A stretch of DNA of 19,007 nt from Oligoflexales bacterium (GTDB taxonomy: Bacteria; Bdellovibrionota_B; Oligoflexia; Oligoflexales; RGVZ01). Under the pieces are notes generated by a model. It did no database searches, was not told the origin of the DNA, and saw only the letters and a program-made list of their open reading frames with translations. The stretch spans positions 1 to 19,007 of the forward strand of contig JBIIGV010000054.1 of NCBI GenBank assembly GCA_044236265.1, read 5' to 3'. Numbering within the stretch: position 1 is the stretch's first letter; each line of letters begins with the position of its first letter. Below are positions 1 to 9,235 of the stretch, piece after piece. Both the position numbers and the translations under genes were made by a program.

Positions 1-1509
1 AGCAGCAGCTGGCTTGTTATTGATGAAATCTGTCGGGAGAAGAGTTTCGACGTCTTGCAACTGAAGACGCTCACGAATCGCTCTTTCAATTCTAAGAAGA
101 CCAATGCGGTACTGATTTTCCAGCAATTCACCAACAGCGCGAACACGACGGTTACCAAGGTGGTCGATGTCATCGATTTCACCTTCGCCGTTCTTGAGTT
201 TGATTAGGTACTTTACTGCTTCAAGAATGTCTTCTTTAGTCAGTGTTCTATGCTCACGATCAATGTTGAGACCAAGGCGCTCGTTGAGCTTGATACGACC
301 AACGATGCTCAAATCGTAGCGATCCGCATCAAAGAACAACTTATTGAATAGGTCGTTTGCCGACTCCAATGTTGGGGGATCGCCCGGACGCATACGCTTG
401 TAGACTTCAACCACCGCTTCGTCACGAGAGCCAACCTTGTCGTTAACCAGCGTGTTGCGGAACGACGCGTCGACGTTAACGTTGTCGATGAATAGAACCT
501 GGAATTCAGTGATGCCGTGATCGAAAAGCTTTGTGATCTCAGCTTTACCGAATTCAGTATTCAGCGGGACGACTACCTCGCCACTTGCATCTTTGATGTC
601 CATCGCTGCAATTTTGCCAAGAATATCTTCTGCAGCGACATGCTGATACTCAAGCTTGGCTTGCTGCATCTTGCGAATAGCGCCTGGGGTAATACGACGA
701 CCGCGCTTACAATAAACTTCACCGGTTTTTGGGTCGACAATATCAGAGCTGGCCTTCTGGCCTTTGAGAAGATCGTAATCAAGACGCTTCTCAAATTTTC
801 CGTCTTTAATACGGATTGATTCACGCTTGTAGAAGTGATCAAGCAACTCTGATTCAGAGTAACCCAAAGCCTTCAACAAGATTGAAGCGTGAAGTTTTCG
901 GCGACGGTCAATACGAACGTGCAGAATATCTTTTGTGTCAAATTCGAAATCAAGCCAGCTTCCACGATATGGAATGATGCGGGCTGAATAAATTACTTTT
1001 CCAGTGGTGCTGTTGCGACCTTTGTCGTGGTCAAAGAAAACACCAGAAGAACGGTGTAGCTGAGATACGATAACGCGCTCAGTACCGTTGATGATGAACG
1101 TTCCATCCGCAGTCATCAAAGGAATTTCACCGAAGTAAACTTCCTGCTCCTTGACGTCTTTGATGGATTTAACTTCCTTGTCCCAGATGACAAGGCGAAT
1201 GACAACGCGCAAAGGCGCTGCGTAGCTCATGCCGCGCTGACGACATTCGTCCACAGTGTATTTAGGTTCTTCGAAATGGTAGCTTTCAAACTCAACTGAT
1301 GCAGTCTCGTTCGTATCTTTGATCGGAAAAACAGACTTGAACACAGCCTGCAAACCCATCGTCTTGCGCTTTGATGGCTCGACGTCGGCTTGAAGAAATT
1401 GTGCGTAACTGCTTCTCTGAATCTCAATTAGATACGGAATCTCAACTGCAGGAAGGACTTTTGCAAAGCTTTTACGGGGACGAGTGTAGCTAGCTGCCAA
1501 GGAGGTCAT
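1..1509 (-). CDS. rpoB: DNA-directed RNA polymerase beta subunit, 5' part (about 503 codons; runs off the left edge)
   Basis: Absent from the ORF track because there is no stop in the window. Manual translation from the ATG at 1509 gives [17 protein letters not shown]...[40 protein letters not shown]...[14 protein letters not shown]...[28 protein letters not shown] at 1516-1520. Follows rplL. Confidence 0.99.
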   Translation of the reverse strand, partial: MTSLAASYTRPRKSFAKVLPAVEIPYLIEIQRSSYAQFLQADVEPSKRKTMGLQAVFKSVFPIKDTNETASVEFESYHFEEPKYTVDECRQRGMSYAAPLRVVIRLVIWDKEVKSIKDVKEQEVYFGEIPLMTADGTFIINGTERVIVSQLHRSSGVFFDHDKGRNSTTGKVIYSARIIPYRGSWLDFEFDTKDILHVRIDRRRKLHASILLKALGYSESELLDHFYKRESIRIKDGKFEKRLDYDLLKGQKASSDIVDPKTGEVYCKRGRRITPGAIRKMQQAKLEYQHVAAEDILGKIAAMDIKDASGEVVVPLNTEFGKAEITKLFDHGITEFQVLFIDNVNVDASFRNTLVNDKVGSRDEAVVEVYKRMRPGDPPTLESANDLFNKLFFDADRYDLSIVGRIKLNERLGLNIDREHRTLTKEDILEAVKYLIKLKNGEGEIDDIDHLGNRRVRAVGELLENQYRIGLLRIERAIRERLQLQDVETLLPTDFINNKPAAA

Positions 1510-1605
1510 GAAATTCTCCTGAATTATTAGCAAAATAAGAAACCGCAGTATAACAGCCGTTCAGACGTCGCGATAGCTAAATCTGACGGTAAATAGCAGA
1601 CAACA

Positions 1606-1637
1606 GCAGCCCGAGAGCGATTTCGCCCCCGAGCTGC
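1606..1637 (-). terminator. GC-rich hairpin between rplL and rpoB, probable attenuator or weak terminator
   Basis: Minus strand GCAGCUCGGGGGCG-AAAU-CGCUCUCGGGCUGC forms a 14-bp stem with G-U pairs, followed by an imperfect U-tract (UGUUGUCU). Position is analogous to the rplL-rpoB attenuator of E. coli. Confidence 0.55.
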
Positions 1638-1666
1638 TTGTTCAGCCTGCAGCAAGCAAATAGGAA

Positions 1667-2047
1667 TTACTTGAATTCGACTTTGCCGCCAGCAGTCTCA
1701 AGAGCTTTCTTGATTTTCTCTGCTTCTTCTTTGCTGACACCTTCTTTAACGGTCTTAGGAGCGCCTTCAACAAGGTCTTTCGCTTCTTTAAGGCCGAGTC
1801 CGGTGATCGTGCGTACTTCTTTGATAACGTTGATCTTGTTTGCACCGCCATCCTTAAGGATAACTGTGAACTCAGTTTGCTCTTCGCCAGCTGGAGCAGC
1901 GGCAGCAGCGCCTGGAGCAGCTGCAAATGCAACTGGAGCGGCAGCGCTAACGCCAAACTTGGTTTCAAGCTCCTTAACGAGTTCAGAAGCTTCAAGAAGC
2001 GTCATGTTCTCAAGGAATTGTACGACTTGTTCTTTAGTAACTGACAT
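1667..2047 (-). CDS. rplL: 50S ribosomal protein L7/L12
   Basis: [23 protein letters not shown], Ala-rich hinge, [34 protein letters not shown] upstream. Confidence 0.99.
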   Translation of the reverse strand: MSVTKEQVVQFLENMTLLEASELVKELETKFGVSAAAPVAFAAAPGAAAAAPAGEEQTEFTVILKDGGANKINVIKEVRTITGLGLKEAKDLVEGAPKTVKEGVSKEEAEKIKKALETAGGKVEFK

Positions 2048-2101
2048 GGTGTCCTCCCATTTGGTTCTCAGGCTGCTTGATCACAACCTGGGAAATTGTT
2101 G

Positions 2102-2629
2102 TTATTGTTTCTTTTCTTTAATTGCATTGATAACTTGAACGAGGTTTCTAGGCACACCGTTGAGAACCCCGAGGAGTCCACGGTGCGGAGAAACCAATAG
2201 TCCCACAATCTGACCCAAGAGCACTTCCTTGCTTGGAAGAGAGGCTATCGCCTTCACGTCCTTTGCAGAAAGTTTCTTGGAATCCATGACACCGGCGGTA
2301 ATTTTGAAAAGTTCATTCTCCTTTTCAAAATCGCTCAGAGTCTTGGCGCCGGCTGCTGCATCACCATAGAGGAATGCAATTCCGACTGGGCCTTTAAGGC
2401 TGTCTGCAAGACCTTTCGCATCTTGAGCCTTGCCTTCGACAGCCTTCTTAGCCACACGGTTCTTAACGATCCGGAACTCGCCATTGACCTTCTTCAGAGC
2501 CTTACGGAGCTGGGTCAGGCTTGCCACGGTAAGTCCGCGGTACTCAGCCAATACGGCTGCGTTTGCTTTTTCAAAACGGCCCTCTGCTACGACGCGGAGT
2601 GCCTCTTTACCTTTACGATCCATTGCCAT
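2102..2629 (-). CDS. rplJ: 50S ribosomal protein L10
   Basis: EYRGLTVASLTQLRK, IVKNRVAK, LKGP, IASLPSKEVLL motifs; position between rplA and rplL. Confidence 0.98.
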   Translation of the reverse strand: MAMDRKGKEALRVVAEGRFEKANAAVLAEYRGLTVASLTQLRKALKKVNGEFRIVKNRVAKKAVEGKAQDAKGLADSLKGPVGIAFLYGDAAAGAKTLSDFEKENELFKITAGVMDSKKLSAKDVKAIASLPSKEVLLGQIVGLLVSPHRGLLGVLNGVPRNLVQVINAIKEKKQ

Positions 2630-2668
2630 TGCTTTACCCTCTCTGCTTATCAGCTACTGTGCGATGGC

Positions 2669-3361
2669 TTACGCTCTGAATGGTGCTGGGTCAACTTTGA
2701 CACCAGGACTCATCGTCGCAGACATGCTGATTTTCTTAAGATAGGTACCCTTGGCGGACGCAGGCTTAGCGCGAGCGATAGCTTCTAGCACCGCACGAGC
2801 ATTGTCTGTAAGTTTCTCAGCCGCAAAGCTGGCCTTACCGACTGGAGCGTGAACAATACCCGCCTTGTCGACGCGGTACTCAACACGACCTGCCTTGAGT
2901 TCATTGATTGCCTTAACAACGTCCATCGTCACAGTACCGAGTTTTGGGTTCGGCATGAGACCACGGGGGCCAAGAACGCGACCGAGTTTACCGACAACAC
3001 CCATCATGTCTGGGGTTGCGATCACCTGGTCAAAGTCCAGCCATCCGCCGTTAATGCGATTGCCAAGGTCATCGCCACCCACCGCTTCAACGCCAGCATT
3101 CTGAGCCGCCTGAGCTGCTTCGCCTTTGGCGAATACAACAATGCGGACAGTCTTGCCGAGACCATGGGGAAGAGCCACCGCACCGCGAACGTTTTGGTCC
3201 GCTTGACGAGGGTCTACGCCCAGGTTCACCGCAAGGTCAACCGTCGCGTCGAATTTGGTGTAGCAAGTTTCCTTGACTAGCTTGGTCGCTTCGTCGAGTG
3301 GATAGGTTTTTTCCCTGTCCACTTTGGCGATAGCGGCCTTGTACTTTTTGCCACGAGCCAT
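2669..3361 (-). CDS. rplA: 50S ribosomal protein L1
   Basis: [61 protein letters not shown] at 3371-3374. Confidence 0.99.
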   Translation of the reverse strand: MARGKKYKAAIAKVDREKTYPLDEATKLVKETCYTKFDATVDLAVNLGVDPRQADQNVRGAVALPHGLGKTVRIVVFAKGEAAQAAQNAGVEAVGGDDLGNRINGGWLDFDQVIATPDMMGVVGKLGRVLGPRGLMPNPKLGTVTMDVVKAINELKAGRVEYRVDKAGIVHAPVGKASFAAEKLTDNARAVLEAIARAKPASAKGTYLKKISMSATMSPGVKVDPAPFRA

Positions 3362-3374
3362 TTTCTATATCTCC

Positions 3375-3408
3375 GTAGTACAATCGAACGCCAGAGGCGC
3401 TCTCCTAC
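3375..3408 (-). promoter_or_regulatory. Putative ribosomal protein L1-binding autoregulatory RNA element directly before rplA
   Basis: Minus strand GUAG-GAG-AGCGCC-UCU-GGCGUU-CGAUUGUA-CUAC: outer helix GUAG/CUAC, asymmetric internal loop with GAG, inner hairpin; it abuts the rplA SD. Resembles the GUGGGAG...ACCAC L1-site architecture. Confidence 0.7.
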
Positions 3409-3448
3409 ATTGCCCACCCTCAGCCACCATGGCTAAGGTAGAACAAAC

Positions 3449-3871
3449 TCATTTAACCTCAAGACCCATAGAGCGGGCGGAACCTGCAATGATCTTCGCC
3501 GCTTGGTCGATATCATATGCATTGAGGTCTTCCATTTTCATCTTCGCGACTTCTTTGACTTGCGCCATAGTTACGCTTCCACAAGTTGCCTTGCCCGGGG
3601 TCTGGGAACCAGACTCGATCTTGGCCATCTTCTTCAATAGACTGGTCGCTGGAGGCGACTTCGTTAGGAAAGAAAACGACTTGTCTGCGTAAACCGTGAT
3701 GATTGTCGGAAGAATATCACCAGCTTGCTTCTGTGTCTTGGCGTTGAACTCTTTGCAGAAAGCCATGATGTTAACACCACGCTGACCGAGAGCTGGACCA
3801 ATCGGTGGCGATGGGTTTGCCTTGCCTGCTGGAATTTGCAACTTAATGAAACCAACTACTTTTTTTGCCAT
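3449..3871 (-). CDS. rplK: 50S ribosomal protein L11
   Basis: [44 protein letters not shown]...IAGSARSMG. Start corrected from 3925 to ATG 3871 (140 aa). Confidence 0.99.
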   Translation of the reverse strand: MAKKVVGFIKLQIPAGKANPSPPIGPALGQRGVNIMAFCKEFNAKTQKQAGDILPTIITVYADKSFSFLTKSPPATSLLKKMAKIESGSQTPGKATCGSVTMAQVKEVAKMKMEDLNAYDIDQAAKIIAGSARSMGLEVK

Positions 3872-3947
3872 TTTCGAATCCCTTTGCTCAAACGTCTGTC
3901 GCTCAGATTTCTGGGAGCAGCTCAAGCCTTAAAAAACGAGAGTGCCG

Positions 3948-3976
3948 TCTATATTGAAAAACAGTCAATCTGTCAA
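3948..3976 (-). promoter_or_regulatory. Putative sigma70 promoter for rplK
   Basis: TTGACA (3976-3971), 17-nt spacer, TATAGA (3953-3948) in the nusG-rplK intergenic region. Confidence 0.6.
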
Positions 3977-4032
3977 GAAAGCTTTTAAGAGCCGAATAAG
4001 GTTTCAGCACCCGCTATCTGACGGAATGTTAT

Positions 4033-4596
4033 TTAGCCAATTTTCTCCACCTGGCCGTAATCGAGCTCCACCGGAGTCTCACGACCAAAGATACTGACAA
4101 GAATACGCAGCTTCATCTTGTCTGGGCGAACTTCATCAATCACACCATCAAAGTTAGTGAATGGGCCATCCTTCACCTTGACGCTCTCACCCTTGCGGAA
4201 GTTTACCTCAGCGCGAACCTGCTGCTTCTGAGCCTCAACAGCCTCAGGAGAGGTCAACCTAAGAACTTCAGCATCCGTTATTGGGCGAGGCGGGCGACGG
4301 GAATCACCACCGACGAAACCAGTGATTTTTGGAGTATTTCGAACCAATGCCCCGGTTTCGTCAGAAAAATCCATCTCGACGAGAATGTAGCCAGGGAAAG
4401 ACGTCTTTTCGACGCGCTTTTTCTTGCCGCTTTTAAGTAGAGTTTCTGTCGCAGTGCGCGGGACAAAAATCTGGCCGAATTTGCCTTCCATACCCTGAGC
4501 TTTAATACGCTCCAGCAAGCCTTGACGAGCTTTCTCTTCAGAACCAGTGTGGGTATGAACCACGTACCATTTTTTACTTGTTGTTGCAGTTTCCAC
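4033..4596 (-). CDS. nusG: Transcription termination/antitermination factor NusG
   Basis: KWYVVHTHTGSE, SFPGYILVEM, VRNTPKITGFVGG, KOW motif GESVKVKDGPFTNFDG, VSIFGRETPVEL. Start taken as GTG 4596 (GGAG 8 nt upstream); GTG 4626 overlapping the secE stop is an alternative. Confidence 0.98.
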   Translation of the reverse strand: METATTSKKWYVVHTHTGSEEKARQGLLERIKAQGMEGKFGQIFVPRTATETLLKSGKKKRVEKTSFPGYILVEMDFSDETGALVRNTPKITGFVGGDSRRPPRPITDAEVLRLTSPEAVEAQKQQVRAEVNFRKGESVKVKDGPFTNFDGVIDEVRPDKMKLRILVSIFGRETPVELDYGQVEKIG

Positions 4597-4622
4597 GGGA
4601 CTTTCTCCGATAGCTGAAGCGC

Positions 4623-5003
4623 TCACGCCAACAGCAATTTCAAAATCTTGGCCCAAGCCATATCAAACACAGTCAATATCACCGAAAAGATTGCCACGAC
4701 AACGCAGACAATCATTGTAAGCTTCTTAGTATGCTCCCAATCAGGCCATTGCACTTTGCGCAACTCCCCAACCGAAGCCAAAAAATATTCATGACGCTCA
4801 GGATCGCGTGCAATCAACCAAATTGTCAGCACTCCCAACACAACGGCGAGTGCAATGCTCCCAGCGTTGAAGCCAGCTTCATAACGCTCAAGCCAACCGG
4901 ACTTGAGGCCGATGAACATGAACATCTTCCAAAACACGAAACCCGCCAAACAAGCCCATGAGGCATAGACGGTTCTGAGCCATGTAGCATCATCTTTTTG
5001 CAT
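4623..5003 (-). CDS. secE: Preprotein translocase subunit SecE (three-TM type)
   Basis: ELRKVQWPDW motif before a C-terminal TM helix, two further N-terminal hydrophobic segments; located between tRNA-Trp and nusG. Confidence 0.93.
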   Translation of the reverse strand: MQKDDATWLRTVYASWACLAGFVFWKMFMFIGLKSGWLERYEAGFNAGSIALAVVLGVLTIWLIARDPERHEYFLASVGELRKVQWPDWEHTKKLTMIVCVVVAIFSVILTVFDMAWAKILKLLLA

Positions 5004-5040
5004 ATTTCACCTACAAAACCAAAGCCAAATTTCAGGTAAG

Positions 5041-5116
5041 TGGCAGGCGAGGAGGGACTCGAACCCACAACAAACGGATTTGGAATCCGTCGCTCTACCA
5101 TTGGAGCTACTCGCCT
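5041..5116 (-). tRNA. tRNA-Trp (CCA)
   Basis: AGGCGAGTAGCTCCAATGGTAGAGCGACGGATTCCAAATCCGT...GGTTCGAGTCCCTCCTCGCCTGCCA; 76 nt, encoded CCA end. Confidence 0.98.
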
Positions 5117-5131
5117 TTAGTTAGACACGAT

Positions 5132-5159
5132 AAAAAGTGGCCCCTTTCGGGGCCACTTT
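5132..5159 (-). terminator. Rho-independent terminator after tuf
   Basis: AAAGUGGCCCC-GAAA-GGGGCCACUUUUU: perfect stem, GNRA loop and U-tract. Confidence 0.85.
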
Positions 5160-5176
5160 CAGGAACTTAGAACCGA

Positions 5177-6370
5177 TTAGTCAAGAATGTCAGCTACAAC
5201 GCCGGCACCAACGGTACGGCCACCTTCGCGAATCGCGAAACGAAGCTGCTTGTCCATAGCAATCGGGGTGATGAGCTCGACTTCCATAGCGATGTTGTCG
5301 CCTGGCATAACCATTTCAACATTGTCTGGCAACTTGATGGAGCCTGTAACGTCTGTTGTACGGAAGTAGAACTGAGGACGGTATCCTTTGAAGAATGGAG
5401 TGTGACGTCCGCCTTCTTCTTTTGTAAGGATGTAAACCTCTGCTTTGAACTTCTTGTGAGGCTTGATGGAACCTGGCTTAGCAAGAACCTGACCACGCTG
5501 AACGTCTTCACGCTTTGTACCGCGAAGAAGAATACCGCAGTTGTCGCCAGCACGACCTTCGTCGAGAAGCTTACGGAACATCTCAACACCGGTACATGTT
5601 GTTTTTTGCGTGTCACGGATACCGACGATTTCCATTTCATCGCCAGTCCTGATGATACCGCGCTCAACACGACCAGTTACAACAGTTCCACGACCAGAGA
5701 TCGAGAACACGTCTTCGATTGGCATCAAGAATGGCAAATCAACTGGACGCTCAGGAAGCGGAATGTAGCTGTCACAAGCAGCGATCAAGTCACAGATCTT
5801 CTTGCCCCAGTCGCTGTTTGGATCTTGAGACTCAAGAGCCTTGAGTGCAGATCCACGCACAACTGGAGTGTCGTCGCCTGGGAACTTGTAGGTGTTGAGG
5901 AGTTCACGAACTTCCATCTCTACAAGATCGAGAAGCTCAGGATCGTCAACCATGTCACACTTGTTCATGAATACAACAATCTTAGGAACGCCTACTTGGC
6001 GAGAAAGAAGGATGTGCTCACGAGTCTGTGGCATCGGGCCGTCAGAAGCGGATACAACGAGAATCGCGCCGTCCATCTGAGCAGCACCAGTAATCATGTT
6101 TTTCACGTAGTCAGCGTGACCTGGGCAGTCAACGTGCGCGTAGTGACGAGTATCAGACTCGTACTCAACGTGTGTCGTGGAGATCGTAATACCACGAGCT
6201 TTTTCTTCAGGTGACTTGTCGATTTGGTCATACGCCAATCCCTGTCCACCGAACTTCTTCGCCATGATAAACGTAATCGCCGCAGTAAGTGTTGTCTTAC
6301 CGTGGTCAACGTGGCCAATCGTACCGATGTTAACGTGTGGTTTCTTCCGCTCAAACTTCTCTTTTGCCAT
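5177..6370 (-). CDS. tuf: Elongation factor Tu
   Basis: [52 protein letters not shown]; 397 aa; SD GGAGG. Confidence 0.99.
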   Translation of the reverse strand: MAKEKFERKKPHVNIGTIGHVDHGKTTLTAAITFIMAKKFGGQGLAYDQIDKSPEEKARGITISTTHVEYESDTRHYAHVDCPGHADYVKNMITGAAQMDGAILVVSASDGPMPQTREHILLSRQVGVPKIVVFMNKCDMVDDPELLDLVEMEVRELLNTYKFPGDDTPVVRGSALKALESQDPNSDWGKKICDLIAACDSYIPLPERPVDLPFLMPIEDVFSISGRGTVVTGRVERGIIRTGDEMEIVGIRDTQKTTCTGVEMFRKLLDEGRAGDNCGILLRGTKREDVQRGQVLAKPGSIKPHKKFKAEVYILTKEEGGRHTPFFKGYRPQFYFRTTDVTGSIKLPDNVEMVMPGDNIAMEVELITPIAMDKQLRFAIREGGRTVGAGVVADILD

Positions 6371-6546
6371 TGGCTTCCTCCCGCTATTGGCAGTCTAAAA
6401 AGCAAAACTAAATATCTACAAACTAATCGTTCACCACGCTAAAGTCTTACGAACTTCGGAATGGATGGGACGCAAACATTACCACCGATGCAGCACATTG
6501 TCGAGCCAAACGCCTATCGCGCGGCACCGACAGAGTCCTGGGAAGG

Positions 6547-6622
6547 TGGAGCCTCGGACGGGACTTGAACCCGTGACCTCGTCCTTACCAAGGACGTGCT
6601 CTACCAACTGAGCTACCGAGGC
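6547..6622 (-). tRNA. tRNA-Thr (GGT)
   Basis: GCCTCGGTAGCTCAGTTGGTAGAGCACGTCCTTGGTAAGGACG...GGTTCAAGTCCCGTCCGAGGCTCCA. Confidence 0.98.
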
Positions 6623-6627
6623 AGTGT

Positions 6628-6703
6628 TGGAGCGGAAGACGAGGGTCGAACTCGCGACATTTAGCTTGGAAGGCTAATGCTCTACCAACTGAGCTACTTC
6701 CGC
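6628..6703 (-). tRNA. tRNA-Gly (TCC)
   Basis: GCGGAAGTAGCTCAGTTGGTAGAGCATTAGCCTTCCAAGCTAA...AGTTCGACCCTCGTCTTCCGCTCCA. Confidence 0.98.
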
Positions 6704-6780
6704 TTACCATGAGCGCTTACTGCAAAGACACTCCACAAACTGCTGAAACCGGTATTCGGCACTCCGGCTAGCCGACTCGA

Positions 6781-6866
6781 TGGTGGATGGGGAAGGATTC
6801 GAACCTTCGAAGACTATTGCCAACAGGTTTACAGCCTGTCCCCTTTGGCCACTTGGGTACCCATCC
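6781..6866 (-). tRNA. tRNA-Tyr (GTA)
   Basis: GGATGGGTACCCAAGTGGCCAAAGGGGACAGGCTGTAAACCTGT, long variable arm, GGTTCGAATCCTTCCCCATCCACCA; 86 nt. Confidence 0.98.
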
Positions 6867-6886
6867 GCAAGTCCATGTTTTTCAGC

Positions 6887-6962
6887 TGGAGCTGGCGATG
6901 GGACTTGAACCCGCAACCTGCTGATTACAAATCAGCTGCTCTACCAATTGAGCTACGCCAGC
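6887..6962 (-). tRNA. tRNA-Thr (TGT)
   Basis: GCTGGCGTAGCTCAATTGGTAGAGCAGCTGATTTGTAATCAGC...GGTTCAAGTCCCATCGCCAGCTCCA. Confidence 0.98.
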
Positions 6963-7066
6963 AGCAAGTGAAAACACTTCTTCAACAATCCCTCTCGAAG
7001 ATCAGTGCCGTACTACCAACGTGTATCGCTGGAAATAAGCACACGAATCCACAAAAGGGAGCAGTT

Positions 7067-7095
7067 GTGATACATGCAGAGTGAATCGCTGTCAA
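7067..7095 (-). promoter_or_regulatory. Putative sigma70 promoter of the tRNA-tuf operon
   Basis: TTGACA (7095-7090), 17-nt spacer, TATCAC (7072-7067), with an A/T-rich UP-like tract upstream. Confidence 0.65.
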
Positions 7096-7166
7096 GCAAA
7101 CTAAAACTTGAAAAAGCGTATTTTTCTCTAAACAAGCAGGGGGCTTGCCTCTAAAACAAGCACAAC

Positions 7167-7997
7167 CTATTGTCTTTGAAACAACCCGTGCATGAGAATG
7201 CCGGCAGCAACCGACACATTTAGTGAATCCAAGGATTTTTCAGCCCCAGGAACCGCGATTTTAACATCGCAACGACCAAGAACGTGCTGACTAATTCCCT
7301 TGTCCTCGGCGCCCAACACAAGAACTTGTCTCTCGAATCGACCGCGAACCTTCGACAAATCATCACCGTCCATTGCTGCGCCCAATACCCAGAAATTATT
7401 GGACTTTAACTCTTCCAAGGCCCGCGAAACATTGACGACGACAACCAGATCCGTGAGAGCAAAGCCGCCCTGAGCTGTGTTGACGCTAGCCTGAGTCAGC
7501 AGAACCTGACGCTTTTCCGGCACGATCACGTAGCGAACACCAAAAAATGCGGCTGTTCTGACGATAGCTCCTAAATTTCTGGGGTCAGAAATATGATCAA
7601 GAACTACAACAAGATCATTTTTCGAGTTGGAAGATTTGATATCTTCCAACAAAGCTGACCAGTGCAAAGACTCATGCTTGACATGAGCCCAAGCTGGAGT
7701 CGGCGGCAGGTGCTCTGCACCATCCTCTGCAATAACAGAAATTTCACATCGAAAGTCGGCAAGCTCATCTCGCACAAGTTTCAGAGATCGATCTTTTGCA
7801 AAAACTTTGATTACGGATTTCGGTCGGTGTCTTAAATACTCGCGAATTGCAGCAACGCCTTCAACAACAAAAACGCCCTCAGGAAGTGAAGCCCGCTCCT
7901 GCCGCCTCTGTGATGAGGATCGTTGCGATAATGGTTTTTTTGATGAAAAAACCTCATCTGCACTTCGTGGTCCACGGCGTGACTGTTTAAATTTCAC
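7167..7997 (-). CDS. rlmB: SpoU/TrmH-family RNA 2'-O-methyltransferase, probably 23S rRNA Gm2251 methyltransferase RlmB
   Basis: VVLDHISDPRNLGAIVRTA, LVLGAEDKGIS, SLNVSVAAGILM SPOUT motifs plus an N-terminal substrate-binding domain. GTG start overlaps the upstream TGA. Confidence 0.85.
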   Translation of the reverse strand: MKFKQSRRGPRSADEVFSSKKPLSQRSSSQRRQERASLPEGVFVVEGVAAIREYLRHRPKSVIKVFAKDRSLKLVRDELADFRCEISVIAEDGAEHLPPTPAWAHVKHESLHWSALLEDIKSSNSKNDLVVVLDHISDPRNLGAIVRTAAFFGVRYVIVPEKRQVLLTQASVNTAQGGFALTDLVVVVNVSRALEELKSNNFWVLGAAMDGDDLSKVRGRFERQVLVLGAEDKGISQHVLGRCDVKIAVPGAEKSLDSLNVSVAAGILMHGLFQRQ

Positions 7998-9229
7998 GTC
8001 GTAATCTCCCGGAACTCACCGCGAAGATCCCGCGCTTTTTCAAAAGGCAGCAAGTCACCGGCCATCAGCAACAGATATCGTGTCAGCGATTCAATTCGGT
8101 TTTGAAAGTAATCCATCCGATTGTTATTGATTGAGCACTGATGAAGCATGTCGCCAATAGATTCTGGAGCCAAATTCCCAGAAGAATCCAGGTAAATAGA
8201 CATCGCACCGTCGTGATTCAAAGAAAGCGCAAACGCCTCTAAATCAGATACAGGTAACTTAACCGCAGCGGATTGAAACGCAGCCGAGGTCAAACCTCTC
8301 AGCATTTGATACGCATCAATACCAGATCGCAAGGTTGCAAATTTTCCATCGAGTCGTACACCAGTCACATCTGGCATACCCTCTAATTTAAGATGCCCAA
8401 TAGCAACTAGTCGATGAATAGCCAGCAAGGTGTTGGATTTAACAAGCTTGCTACGTTGGATGACCTCCTCCATGGTTGGAGATCCAGAGCAAATCTCGAG
8501 CATATCCCCGATAAATGTCCCCTGCTTTGCAACGTCCGGCCTTTCTGTGTCCAATCGATGAATACGAACCATGGGACCGATTCTGTTCATGAATGATCGA
8601 AACTGTGCACCATAGCTGAAGGCAGCATCAAGTAAAGCCAATGTCCCTGTCTCAAAACTTATCTCGACCGGAGATGAACCGGACTGAATTTCGACGAAAC
8701 TGCTCTCATATAAAAAAACACTTCGGAAGATTTCCCGCACTTGGGATCTCAAGGCGTGCCAAAGATCAATTGTGTTAAAGCTACCACTTGCCAAAAGCAC
8801 CTTACCGAATTTGGTCTTGCGATCAACTTGAACTGCGAATTGAGTCAGTTGATCGAGGGAAATAATGGCCTCACGATAGATTACCTCTCCAAGGCGATCG
8901 TCCATCAGGTCAGAAGAAGCAAAAACCAGTTCGCCCGATTTAAAATAGAGTTTCTTTACGCCTTGACCGGTATCAACAGATACCATTCCGCTCCACCGCC
9001 GCTGATTGATACCAACGAAAAAGTCATAGAGCATGTCCGCCGAGCATTTGGCAAATCCTGTTGCTTTATCAATTGATGCATCTGGGGCCGACTCAAATGC
9101 AATGACCCTTCGGCTCCCAATCTTTGAGGCTTTCCATGGCTTCCCAGATGGCGGATGATCACTCGACTGAAGGCCGGAAATCACTAAATTCGATTCATTC
9201 CAATTCGCTGAAATCTCGTTGGAATCCAT
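7994..9229 (-). CDS. Hypothetical protein with DUF4388/PatA-N-like domain and tandem MshEN-like motifs
   Basis: WSGMVSV...KKLYFKSGELVFASS resembles DUF4388, followed by RLGEVIYREAIISLDQL and KFGKVLLASGSFNTIDLWHALRSQ. 411-aa ORF embedded in an operon. Confidence 0.7.
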   Translation of the reverse strand: MDSNEISANWNESNLVISGLQSSDHPPSGKPWKASKIGSRRVIAFESAPDASIDKATGFAKCSADMLYDFFVGINQRRWSGMVSVDTGQGVKKLYFKSGELVFASSDLMDDRLGEVIYREAIISLDQLTQFAVQVDRKTKFGKVLLASGSFNTIDLWHALRSQVREIFRSVFLYESSFVEIQSGSSPVEISFETGTLALLDAAFSYGAQFRSFMNRIGPMVRIHRLDTERPDVAKQGTFIGDMLEICSGSPTMEEVIQRSKLVKSNTLLAIHRLVAIGHLKLEGMPDVTGVRLDGKFATLRSGIDAYQMLRGLTSAAFQSAAVKLPVSDLEAFALSLNHDGAMSIYLDSSGNLAPESIGDMLHQCSINNNRMDYFQNRIESLTRYLLLMAGDLLPFEKARDLRGEFREITT

Positions 9230-9235
9230 ATTAGT

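Noticed and set aside
3872..3925. N-terminal extension of L11 in the ORF track, and a TGAGC-containing hairpin in the rplK leader
   Set aside because: The conserved start is MAKK at 3871; the hairpin lacks the L1-site internal loop and matches no family I recognise.
517..6442. Many antisense or alternate-frame ORFs (e.g. 1638-2138, 2849-3280, 5402-6214)
   Set aside because: Shadows of highly expressed genes with biased codons (rpoB, rpl genes, tuf); no recognisable motifs.
6371..6546. 176-nt tRNA-Thr to tuf spacer with a possible hairpin
   Set aside because: No recognisable RNA family or credible ORF; a structured tuf leader is ordinary.
6704..7084. ORFs 6704-6916 and 6845-7084
   Set aside because: They overlap tRNA-Tyr and tRNA-Thr genes and are translations of tRNA sequence.
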